DNA from: an uncultured Bacilli bacterium | GTDB lineage: Bacteria; Bacillota_I; Bacilli_A; RF39; UBA660 | Direction of reading: 5' to 3' | Length of the DNA stretch: 64,000 nt | Assembly: GCA_934096075.1 (NCBI GenBank) | Contig: CAKOLN010000003.1 | Span: 26,184 to 90,183, forward strand | Shown here: in pieces, positions 55,806 through 64,000 of the stretch | Layout of the letters: each line of letters starts with the position of its first letter | Numbering within the stretch: the stretch's first letter is position 1 | Notes under the pieces: generated by a model | The model's database searches: none | Told to the model about the DNA's origin: nothing | The model's input: the letters and a program-made list of their open reading frames with translations, nothing else | Translations under genes and position numbers: made by a program

Positions 55806-55912
55806 TATTGGTGACGATAGCAAAGTGGATACACCTGTTCCCATCTCGAACACAGAAGTTAAGCACTTTAACGGCGAAGATAGTGTAAGCGAAAATAGCA
55901 AGTTGCCAATAT
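55806..55912 (+). rRNA. rrf: 5S ribosomal RNA
   Basis: GTTCCCATCTCGAACACAGAAGTTAAGC core; terminal helix UAUUGG/CCAAUA. The ends are approximate. Confidence 0.85.
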
Positions 55913-55930
55913 TTTTTTTGCAATAAAATA

Positions 55931-55960
55931 CTTGAAATGTTTTAACAAATATTGTATAAT
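55931..55960 (+). promoter_or_regulatory. Promoter for tRNA-His (TTGAAA-17-TATAAT)
   Basis: cttgaaatgttttaacaaatattgtataatc, immediately upstream of the tRNA. Confidence 0.6.
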
Positions 55961-55971
55961 CATATCTACAT

Positions 55972-56048
55972 GGCGGTATTGGTGAAGTGGTTAACACACC
56001 AGATTGTGGCTCTGGCATGCAAGGGTTCGACTCCCTTATACCGCCCCA
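55972..56048 (+). tRNA. tRNA-His (GUG) with encoded G-1 and CCA
   Basis: Acceptor stem GGCGGUA/UACCGCC with an extra 5' G pairing the C73 discriminator; anticodon loop UUGUGGC; T-loop GGTTCGACTCC; 3' CCA encoded. A terminator hairpin follows at 56055-56085. Confidence 0.9.
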
Positions 56049-56127
56049 TTAAAAAATAACACTTGATAAAGTGTTTTTTTATTTACTACAAATAACAAAT
56101 ATGCTAATATTAAAGTGGTGATTATTA

Positions 56128-57099
56128 ATGATGAAAAATAAAATTTGTGTTGTTCTAGGAACAATAATTACAATATTAGTTATTACTCTAATAATAGATT
56201 TAATAAGTATTAAAATGACATCTATGCCTTTAATTATATTGAAGGAAGAAGACGGTGTGGATAAAGTATATTATGGAATATTGTATAATACCTATGATTG
56301 TTCTTTAAATAAAAAAGTAACAATAAAACTAAAAATGACTAAATATTCTTGTCCTGTTAAAACATCAAATACTTACATAATAGAAGATGAATCTAAACTT
56401 ATAAATAATTTTACTTGTAATGAAGTACTAGATGAAATATACAAAGATAATGATTATTCTTATAATTTAACATGTGAAAAAGCAAGTTATATACAAGTAA
56501 AATATAGTGATGGACTTAAAATGAACATAAAAGATGCTCTAAAAAATGGCAAGATAAATATAGAAGATTTAAAAACATATAACATTGAATTTGTTAAGGT
56601 ACCACTAAATAAAAATGAACAGTATCTGCCAACTGAACCAATTCTTCCTAGTGAGCCGACAACACCTGAAACACCAGTAATACCAATAACACCGGATATT
56701 CCTAATTCATCAACTGGAAACAATGAACCTGACAGTGCATCCACACCAACAATACCAACGAATCCAACTGAACCTAGTACACCTTCATCAGATAAAAATG
56801 ATACAGTAATTGTTAATCCTGGAATAAAAAAAGATAACTTAAAAAATCCTACTACTTCCGCCAAATCAATTGAAGTTATAGATAAATCAACAGGAAAATA
56901 TTGTGCAGAAGCAATTGAATATTTTTATCAAAATTATTATTTTAGTTGTATTAAAAGTAATTATGTATATGTAAAAATAAATGGTAAAGAATATTTACTA
57001 AAAGATGCATTAAAAAATGGTATCGTTACAATGAAAGAGTTAGAAGATGCAGGATACAAATTTAGAAAAAATAACAATATGAACTTTGCAGACAGATAA
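56128..57099 (+). CDS. Membrane-anchored protein with two homologous domains separated by a Pro/Thr-rich linker
   Basis: 323 aa; N-terminal TM; linker PTEPILPSEPTTPETPVIPITPDIP...PTIPTNPTEPSTPSS; repeated motif (Y.VK...L.KDALKNG....EL...Y.F) in both halves. Confidence 0.55.
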   Translation: MMKNKICVVLGTIITILVITLIIDLISIKMTSMPLIILKEEDGVDKVYYGILYNTYDCSLNKKVTIKLKMTKYSCPVKTSNTYIIEDESKLINNFTCNEVLDEIYKDNDYSYNLTCEKASYIQVKYSDGLKMNIKDALKNGKINIEDLKTYNIEFVKVPLNKNEQYLPTEPILPSEPTTPETPVIPITPDIPNSSTGNNEPDSASTPTIPTNPTEPSTPSSDKNDTVIVNPGIKKDNLKNPTTSAKSIEVIDKSTGKYCAEAIEYFYQNYYFSCIKSNYVYVKINGKEYLLKDALKNGIVTMKELEDAGYKFRKNNNMNFADR

Positions 57100-57167
57100 A
57101 ATACTAGAAATAGTATTTTTTTAAATTGATGAAGCAGACATGTCATGTTATACTTAAATCAAAGTAG

Positions 57168-57593
57168 GTGATGATAATTGATACTAAAGTAAAATACCTG
57201 GTAGAAAGAAAACATATCGATCCTTCAAAGATAGTTGTTATTTCTTATACAAACAAAGCAACTGATGAATTAGAAGACAGAATAAAATATAAAAAGTGTC
57301 CTAATGCTTACATAGAAGCAATGAGCGTTCATAAATCAAAAGGATTAGGAGCAGACCAAGTTATTATTTTAAATGTTACTAATAAAAATTTTCCTGAAGA
57401 AGCAAGAAAAACATTTTGGATTAAAAATCTTTTTGATGATCATGAATTTGTAGAGGAATTTCCGGATGCAGAGGAAAGAAGAGTATTTTATGTAGCATTA
57501 ACTAGAACAAAAAAAGATGTATATTTATTAACACCAAGGGAAAAATCTAAAAAATCTCCGTTTGTTAGGGAATTGCTGGAAAGTGAAATATAA
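57168..57593 (+). pseudogene. UvrD/PcrA-like helicase remnant (internally deleted, N-terminally truncated)
   Basis: Contains a motif-Ia-like YTNKATDELEDRI fused almost directly to the C-terminal motifs SVHKSKGLGADQVII and VFYVALTRTKKDVYL. The Walker A region and ~400 central residues are absent; no proper upstream start. Confidence 0.5.
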
Positions 57594-57764
57594 ATAAAGA
57601 ATATCGATTTAACACCACAAAAATCACTATTAACAAGATATTCACATTAACTTAAAAAATTGGATTTTTTAAGAATATATAATTACAAAGGGTTATTAAA
57701 TATAACTCTTTTTTAGTCCATTCCATTTATTAACAAAGTCATAAAATATATTGGAGGTACAAAA

Positions 57765-58097
57765 ATGTTAAATATGACCTTATTAAAAAATGTCTTAATA
57801 ATAGCAATGGCTAGTAGTATAATATCTACTGCATTAACTCAACAATTAAAAGAATCATTAAAATGCAAAGAAAAAGGTAAATTACCAATAAAATGTTTTT
57901 TAATATCTATGATAATAGGAACAATGTTTAGTCTTACTTTTTCAGATATAAATATAAAATATGCTTTATGGGTAGGACTTATAAGTTTTATAGGTGCGGA
58001 TGCAATCTACAAAGCATTTGAAGACAAAATATTTAAAAGTTTTAGTTCGATAGAAAATGCGATTTATATAGAAAGGAAGGATAAAAAAGATGTTTAG
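57765..58097 (+). CDS. Putative holin (3-TM small membrane protein with charged C-terminus)
   Basis: 110 aa; three predicted TMs; C-terminal ERKDKKDV; overlaps the start of the downstream M23 peptidase by 8 nt. Confidence 0.5.
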   Translation: MLNMTLLKNVLIIAMASSIISTALTQQLKESLKCKEKGKLPIKCFLISMIIGTMFSLTFSDINIKYALWVGLISFIGADAIYKAFEDKIFKSFSSIENAIYIERKDKKDV

Positions 58098-58740
58098 ATA
58101 TCCAGTTAATTATATTGCTATCACTCAATATTTTAAAAGTGGAGTCCACAATGGTTTGGATTTGGGATGGAATTCTAATTATTATGGAAAAGAACAGCCT
58201 ATATATGCGTCAGCTTCAGGAACTATTATTGAATTAAAAAATGATTATACAACTACAGATTCAACCGGTTCTTCATACGGAAATTATGTAAAAATAAAGC
58301 ATGATAATAATCTATTCACACTTTATGCACATTTAAAAACAAATAGTATTCCTTATAAAATTGGTGATACAGTTAAACAAGGAACTCAAATAGGAATAAT
58401 GGGAAATACAGGAAGAAGTAATGGAAATCACTTGCACTTTGAAATATTTGAAGGAACAACAAAAGTAAATCCATTAAATTTAACTTATGTTTACAGCGAT
58501 CAGATAATTTCAAAAAATTTAGATGCAACGGAAGGATTACTATATTACATTCCTGAAACACCGAAAGCTGATAAGGAATTACAAGAACTCCAAGACAAAA
58601 TAAATTTGCAATTAAAAGAAATTGAATCACTAAAAAACGAAATAAATGAACTAAAACAAAATAAATTCGAATATACAATAACCAAAACAAGTTTATATAA
58701 AATAAATCTATATGAAGGTGAAATATTAATAGTAAAATAA
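58090..58740 (+). CDS. M23 peptidase without signal peptide plus C-terminal coiled coil (endolysin-like)
   Basis: 216 aa; M23 motifs HNGLDLGW and GNHLHFEIFEG; coiled coil KELQELQDKINLQLKEIESLKNEINELKQNK; no signal peptide. Confidence 0.7.
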   Translation: MFRYPVNYIAITQYFKSGVHNGLDLGWNSNYYGKEQPIYASASGTIIELKNDYTTTDSTGSSYGNYVKIKHDNNLFTLYAHLKTNSIPYKIGDTVKQGTQIGIMGNTGRSNGNHLHFEIFEGTTKVNPLNLTYVYSDQIISKNLDATEGLLYYIPETPKADKELQELQDKINLQLKEIESLKNEINELKQNKFEYTITKTSLYKINLYEGEILIVK

Positions 58741-58817
58741 AAATTAAATTTCTTTCATCCCTTTAAAAAAACAAAATATCCTGGTATAATTATTACATAA
58801 TAGAAAAGGGGAATAAA

Positions 58818-59621
58818 ATGAAAAGAATTATTATTTATATACTTTTAATTATATCATTCACATCTCTTGGTATAATAGGATTAAAAAACCAGCCAATAGA
58901 TTTACCAGAAAAAGAATTATTAAATAAAGAGCTATATTTATTTAATACAAAAACAGGTAATTATGAAATATTAAAAATAACAAGTGATAAATTTGAATAT
59001 ACTGGAGAATCTTTAGATTTAAATAATTGCAAAAAATATGAATATAACTCTGGAACAGGTATACTTAAATTAGATTGTAATAAAGCAATTAGAATTGTTG
59101 GCAAGGTGGGAAATTCATATGTTTTCAAAGTTAATAACAATAATGTTTTTCTCTACTTTACAAAATCTGACAGTTATAATGGTGAATTTCAAAGAACATT
59201 TAATACTACTAAGGAAAATTATGTAACTGAAGGTATAACAAAAATTACGCCATTATCATTAGATTATAATACATTAATTCAAACTTTATCTTCTAATGAA
59301 ATAAAATACATATATATAAAATCAAATGACTGCTCTGAAATTTGTGATATATATAATAATATTTATTCTTCTAGTAATATGGGAAATAAGTATTATTTAG
59401 AACTAAATACACTAACAGTCGAAAATTTAATTAATTTAGAAAATATTAATAAACCATTTAGAGATTTACTGACTGGAACAATAAAATATCCTTTAATAAT
59501 AGAAGTTCAAAATAACAATATTATAAGAAATTTTGAAGTGAAAGTTGATGGATTAGATTTTAGTAATTACATAAATTTAGATGAAGAAAAGGAGATATCA
59601 AATGAACAAAATAAGCAATAA
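58818..59621 (+). CDS. Hypothetical secreted/lipoprotein-like protein
   Basis: 267 aa; N-terminal hydrophobic signal; extended -10 promoter upstream (ctggtataat). Confidence 0.45.
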   Translation: MKRIIIYILLIISFTSLGIIGLKNQPIDLPEKELLNKELYLFNTKTGNYEILKITSDKFEYTGESLDLNNCKKYEYNSGTGILKLDCNKAIRIVGKVGNSYVFKVNNNNVFLYFTKSDSYNGEFQRTFNTTKENYVTEGITKITPLSLDYNTLIQTLSSNEIKYIYIKSNDCSEICDIYNNIYSSSNMGNKYYLELNTLTVENLINLENINKPFRDLLTGTIKYPLIIEVQNNNIIRNFEVKVDGLDFSNYINLDEEKEISNEQNKQ

Positions 59622-61932
59622 AGAACTAGTAATAATAGATAAATATTTTAGATTAGCAAATTATCTTTCAGTTGGACAACTATACTTATTAGATAATCCA
59701 TTGCTAAGAAGAAAACTTGAACTTAAAGATATAAAACCACATGTTGTTGGACACTGGGGAACCGCTCCTGGACAAAACTTCATATACTTGCATTTAAATA
59801 GAATGATAAAAAAATATAACTTGAATATGATCTACATATCTGGACCAGGTCATGGTGGAGAAGCCATGATTGCGAACACTTTTATAGAAGGTTCTTATAC
59901 AAAAATATATAATAATATAACAAATGATGAAGAAGGATTAAAAAAATTGTTTAAACAATTCTCTTTTCCAGGTGGTGTATCTTCACATGTTGCACCTGAG
60001 ACACCAGGAAGTATTAACGAAGGCGGAGAACTTGGTTATAGTTTAAGTCATGCTTATGGAGCAGTATTAGATAATCCAACATTAATCGCCGCCTGTGTAA
60101 TAGGAGATGGAGAAGCCGAAACAGGTCCACTTCAAGCAAGTTGGCAACTTAACAAAATAATAAATCCAAAAAAAGATGGAATAGTTTTGCCTATCTTACA
60201 TTTAAATGGTTATAAAATTGCAAACCCAACAATATTATCTAGAATACCTGAAGATGAATTAATTTCATACTTCAAAGGACTAGGTTACAAACCATATATA
60301 GTTGAAGGTAATGATGAAAAGAAAATGCACATAAAAATGGCTTCTACTATGGAAGAAGTAATAACTTATATAAATAAAATAAAAAAAGCATCACAAAATA
60401 CAGACTTCAGACCATTCTATCCAATAATAATCTTAAGAACACCAAAAGGATGGACTGGACCAAAAGAAGTAGAGGGTTCATTTAAATCACATCAAATCCC
60501 TTTAATAGTAGATGCCGAACATCCAGATAATGTTAGTTTATTAGAAAAATGGATGAAAAAATATAAACCAGAAGAATTATTTAATGAAGATGGAAGTATA
60601 AAAGAAGAAATAACAAACTATGCTCCACCACTAGATAAATGCATGGGACTAAATCCTAATACAAATGGTGGCTTATTACTAAAAGAATTAAAAACACCAA
60701 ATCTAAAAAAATATGGAGTAAAAATAAAAACACCAGGTTGCATAGAAAAAGAAGACATGAGAGAACTTGGTAAATACATTAGAGATTTAATAAAATTAAA
60801 TGAAAAAAATAATAACTTTAGAATATTTGGACCAGATGAAGCCTTATCAAATAGACTTAATTATGTATTTGATGTAACTAATAAAAAATGGGGTACTAAA
60901 ATAATTAAACAAGATGAATTATTAAACAGAAATGGTATGGTTATAGATGGAGTGCTATCTGAACATGCCTGTGAAGGAATGCTAGAAGGCTACTTATTAA
61001 CAGGAAGGCATGGTTTCTTTCATTCATATGAAGCATTTATAAGAATAGTTGATTCAATGACAAGCCAACATGCAAAATGGTTAAAAGTTACAAGTGAATT
61101 ACCATGGAGAAAACCAATAAGTTCATTAAACTACATACTTACAAGTCATGTATGGCAACAAGATCATAATGGTTATACACATCAAAATCCCGGATTTATC
61201 AACCACATATTAACAAAAAAAGCTGAAATATCAAGAATATACTTACCATTTGACTCAAACTCACTAATATCAACATTTGACCATGTAATAAAAACAAAAA
61301 ATTACATAAATGTTATCATCGCATCAAAACATATGAGACCACAATGGTTAAACATGGAAGATGCAATTCAACATTGTGAAAAAGGTTTAGACATTTGGGA
61401 GTGGGCAAGTACAAATAGTGGTAAAAATCCGGATATAGTCCTAGCATGCGCAGGAGACACACCAACTTTAGAAACATTGGCCGCAACAACAATACTAAAA
61501 GAACACTTGCCTAGCCTTAAAATAAGAGTCGTAAATGTTGTAGACCTAATGAAACTTGAATCAAATAAAAAACATCCACACGGATTAACAGATTCTGAGT
61601 ATAACAAAATATTTACCACAAACAAACCAATCATATTCACATTCCATGGTTATCCAAATGTAATACATGAATTAACTTATAATCGCACAAACAGAGAAAT
61701 TCATGTAAGAGGTTACAATGAAGAAGGTACAATAACAACACCATTCGACATGAGAGTTCAAAATAAAATAGATAGATACCACATAGTATTAGATGTCTTA
61801 AAATATGTACCAGGTTTATCTAAAGAAAAAGAACTTAAAAATTACTGTAATAAAATGTTAGAAAAACATAACTCATACATTAGAGAATATGGAAAAGATA
61901 TTGAAGAGGTATCAAATTGGAAATGGAAATAA
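59602..61932 (+). CDS. xfp: Xylulose-5-phosphate/fructose-6-phosphate phosphoketolase
   Basis: ANYLSVGQLYLLDNPLL, GHWGTAPGQNFIYLHLNR, ISGPGHGG motifs; ~776 aa from the ATG at 59602 after AAAAGGAG. Confidence 0.92.
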   Translation: MNKISNKELVIIDKYFRLANYLSVGQLYLLDNPLLRRKLELKDIKPHVVGHWGTAPGQNFIYLHLNRMIKKYNLNMIYISGPGHGGEAMIANTFIEGSYTKIYNNITNDEEGLKKLFKQFSFPGGVSSHVAPETPGSINEGGELGYSLSHAYGAVLDNPTLIAACVIGDGEAETGPLQASWQLNKIINPKKDGIVLPILHLNGYKIANPTILSRIPEDELISYFKGLGYKPYIVEGNDEKKMHIKMASTMEEVITYINKIKKASQNTDFRPFYPIIILRTPKGWTGPKEVEGSFKSHQIPLIVDAEHPDNVSLLEKWMKKYKPEELFNEDGSIKEEITNYAPPLDKCMGLNPNTNGGLLLKELKTPNLKKYGVKIKTPGCIEKEDMRELGKYIRDLIKLNEKNNNFRIFGPDEALSNRLNYVFDVTNKKWGTKIIKQDELLNRNGMVIDGVLSEHACEGMLEGYLLTGRHGFFHSYEAFIRIVDSMTSQHAKWLKVTSELPWRKPISSLNYILTSHVWQQDHNGYTHQNPGFINHILTKKAEISRIYLPFDSNSLISTFDHVIKTKNYINVIIASKHMRPQWLNMEDAIQHCEKGLDIWEWASTNSGKNPDIVLACAGDTPTLETLAATTILKEHLPSLKIRVVNVVDLMKLESNKKHPHGLTDSEYNKIFTTNKPIIFTFHGYPNVIHELTYNRTNREIHVRGYNEEGTITTPFDMRVQNKIDRYHIVLDVLKYVPGLSKEKELKNYCNKMLEKHNSYIREYGKDIEEVSNWKWK

Positions 61933-62144
61933 ACTATTTAATTAAACAAAAAATAAAGAGTAACATCTAATATACTAGGAATACTAAAAATTCCTAATAT
62001 AAAATTTAATTAAAAATTTGTATTTCCTCCTAAAAATCGTTTAATAGACTATACTGGTCTCAAATATATAAATTAATAAAAGCTACTTAACAAAAGTAGT
62101 TTTTTTTACACCAAGTTTATGATAAAATTATAAAGAGGATAGTT

Positions 62145-62972
62145 ATGAAAAAGGGTATATTAATTATTATAATATTAAATTTAAATATAATGATGTTAAA
62201 TGCATCAACTGGACTTCTAAAAGATGGAAGTATTTTTAAATGTGATGGTGAATACTATGGAACCCATGGAAAAGATGTACACTATCATAAAGCAGAAAAA
62301 TCAACTAATGGTAACTACAAAGCAACTGGAGAATCATTAGGTACAAATTGGGTATGTGACGGTGAAATTGTAGACATTGACGACACAATAGTTTTGGAAA
62401 AACAAGAAGTAACATTTAATAGATGTGTAGATGGAGACACTGCAGTATTTAATGTAAATAATAAAGAAGAAAAATTTAGATTTCTAGCAGTAGATACACC
62501 AGAAACAAAACATCCTACAAAAGGAGTTCAAGCATATGGTAAAGAAGCAAGTGATTATACATGTGACAAACTTAAAAATGCAACTAAAATAGAAGTAGAA
62601 TATGAAGAAAATAAAACAGATAAATATAACAGATATTTAGGATGGATATGGATAGATGGAAAACTTTTACAAGAAGAATTAATATCTAATGGCCTAGCAG
62701 AAGTATCTTACATATATGGTAACTACAAATATACCAATCACTTATGCAATGTACAAACTACTGCAATAAAAAATAACCTAGGAATATGGACTACTAACAG
62801 AGAAGAAGGATTTTGTTCAAGCATTAGAAAACTCAACATAGAAAGAACAACTACAACCACAAGTGAAGATGAAACAAAAACAGAAGAAAGTCTAAATACT
62901 CAAGATTTACTATATTCATTACCAATACTATTTTTATTATTTATAGTAAAAAAACTAGGAGGTAAAAAATGA
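62145..62972 (+). CDS. nuc: Secreted thermonuclease (staphylococcal-nuclease/SNase-like) with C-terminal hydrophobic anchor
   Basis: Signal peptide; SNase core (FRFLAVDTPETKHP, YGKEASDY, NRYLGWIWIDG, GLAEVSYIY); C-terminal LPILFLLFIVKKLGGKK. Confidence 0.8.
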   Translation: MKKGILIIIILNLNIMMLNASTGLLKDGSIFKCDGEYYGTHGKDVHYHKAEKSTNGNYKATGESLGTNWVCDGEIVDIDDTIVLEKQEVTFNRCVDGDTAVFNVNNKEEKFRFLAVDTPETKHPTKGVQAYGKEASDYTCDKLKNATKIEVEYEENKTDKYNRYLGWIWIDGKLLQEELISNGLAEVSYIYGNYKYTNHLCNVQTTAIKNNLGIWTTNREEGFCSSIRKLNIERTTTTTSEDETKTEESLNTQDLLYSLPILFLLFIVKKLGGKK

Positions 62973-63247
62973 TAATTAATGGAAAAGAAGTTAGTATTGA
63001 TGATTTAGTAGAAACAATAGACATTAATAACAACATACCCAAAACAAGAAAAAACGGCTTAGTTTTAAGAGATTCACAAATTGAAACATTAAAAAAATAT
63101 AACATAGAATATGAAAACTTTACTAGTTTATCAAGCCTAATATTTGAAATAGAAGAAATCTTAACATATGAAACTGACTTAGATGATTTAGAAGAATTGA
63201 GTGCAGAACTATCAGAACAAAACTACTATAATAACACAAACAAGTAA
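62969..63247 (+). CDS. Small acidic protein translationally coupled to the nuclease gene (ATGA overlap)
   Basis: 92 aa; D/E-rich C-terminal half (TYETDLDDLEELSAELSEQ). Confidence 0.45.
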   Translation: MIINGKEVSIDDLVETIDINNNIPKTRKNGLVLRDSQIETLKKYNIEYENFTSLSSLIFEIEEILTYETDLDDLEELSAELSEQNYYNNTNK

Positions 63248-63256
63248 GGAGTAGCT

Positions 63257-64000
63257 ATGAAAAAAGAATATTTAATAAAGAAAGAAGAAGTAATATCTAA
63301 TTTAGAAAGTAACATAAATGGTTTATCAACAAAAGAAGCAAATAAAAGATTAAACAAATATGGTAAAAATGTACTACCTAAAAAGAAACAAAAAACTTTT
63401 ATACAAGTATTTCTAAGTGAATTTAAAAATCCTATAGTTTATATATTATTTATATCTATGATACTATCATTCATAATAGGTGAATATATTGATGGTTTAT
63501 TTATACTTTTTGTTGTATTAATAGATGCAATATTAGGTTCAATACAAGAATATAGAAGTAACAAAAATGCAGAAGCCCTAGCAAGTCTTATTAAAATAGA
63601 AGCATTAGTTATAAGAGATGGAATAGAATATATGGTGCCAAGTGAAGACTTAGTAATAGGCGACATTGTATTATTAGAATCAGGCACAAGAGTACCTGCA
63701 GATATAAGATTAATTGAAACACAAAATTTATCAATAGATGAATCAATGTTAACAGGAGAATCTATTCCAAGAGAAAAAAAATCAAGCACATTAAAAAAAG
63801 AAGAAACTCTAAGTGAAAGAATCAACATGGCTTATTTAGGAACATCCGTAATGAGGGGAAGAGGAAAAGGAATAGTCACAGGAACAGGTACTAATACTGA
63901 AATAGGAGTACTAGCAAAAGAAGTATTAGAAAAAGAAGATACAATAACTCCACTTCAAATAAGAATGACAAAATTTACTAAAACTCTAGGTATGCTAACA
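63257..64000 (+). CDS. P-type cation-transporting ATPase (Ca2+/Mg2+-type), 5' part; continues beyond the window
   Basis: AAGGAG RBS; N-terminal Cation_ATPase_N (LSTKEANKRLNKYGKNVLP), TM1-2, actuator-domain motif LTGES. No stop codon before the window end. Confidence 0.8.
   Translation, partial: MKKEYLIKKEEVISNLESNINGLSTKEANKRLNKYGKNVLPKKKQKTFIQVFLSEFKNPIVYILFISMILSFIIGEYIDGLFILFVVLIDAILGSIQEYRSNKNAEALASLIKIEALVIRDGIEYMVPSEDLVIGDIVLLESGTRVPADIRLIETQNLSIDESMLTGESIPREKKSSTLKKEETLSERINMAYLGTSVMRGRGKGIVTGTGTNTEIGVLAKEVLEKEDTITPLQIRMTKFTKTLGMLT

Noticed and set aside
63439-63828. Minus-strand 129-aa ORF
   Set aside because: Antisense to the clearly recognisable 5' portion of a P-type ATPase gene on the + strand (LTGES motif; the gene is missing from the track only because it runs off the window end).

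Overview
This is a low-GC (about 28-30% GC) chromosomal window from a spore-forming Firmicute. Sporulation markers are a GerQ-like coat protein, Spo0A and WhiA. The 16S signatures (TTATTGGGCGTAAAGCG, GGGACAACAGTTGGAAACGACTGCTAATACCG) look Bacilli/Erysipelotrichia-like rather than classical Clostridia, but this is tentative. Almost all genes are on the + strand. From start to end the window holds: (1) a GerQ-like gene, followed by an intact IS200/IS605-family element (tnpA plus a full-length tnpB) inserted upstream of a DacB-type carboxypeptidase; (2) an orphan HipA-like kinase gene flanked by two copies of a 47-nt stop-plus-terminator repeat; (3) a conserved rplI-dnaB-M23-yycJ-rlmH block; (4) a lipoprotein and an 898-aa sortase-B-type (NPQTG) surface protein, again flanked by duplicated identical terminators; (5) YitT, ftsEX with its M23 partner, whiA and a lone minus-strand clpP; (6) a glycolytic cluster gap-hyp-pgk-tpi(divergent)-spo0A-gpmI, with the sporulation master regulator embedded in it; (7) the most unusual locus: a TrmH-family methyltransferase translationally coupled to a radical-SAM/SPASM enzyme with an N-terminal RRE-like extension, then an unannotated 34-aa Cys-containing small ORF with its own terminator, then an AMP-dependent ligase and a 7-TM hybrid histidine kinase (HisKA-HATPase-REC-HPt), which I propose as a candidate new RiPP / peptide-signalling module; (8) the full S10-spc-alpha ribosomal-protein superoperon (S10 to L17, including secY, adk, map, infA and an untracked rpmJ; no L30; S14 is the Zn-ribbon type), followed by a CtpA-like protease and a DUF402 protein; (9) an rRNA operon with three tandem promoters (16S-23S-5S, no tRNA in the spacer) and a separately promoted tRNA-His(GUG); (10) an accessory island with a PT-linker repeat protein, a UvrD-like helicase fragment, a holin plus M23 lysin pair, a lipoprotein, phosphoketolase, a secreted SNase-like nuclease coupled to a small acidic ORF, and the 5' part of a P-type ATPase. 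No CRISPR array was seen.
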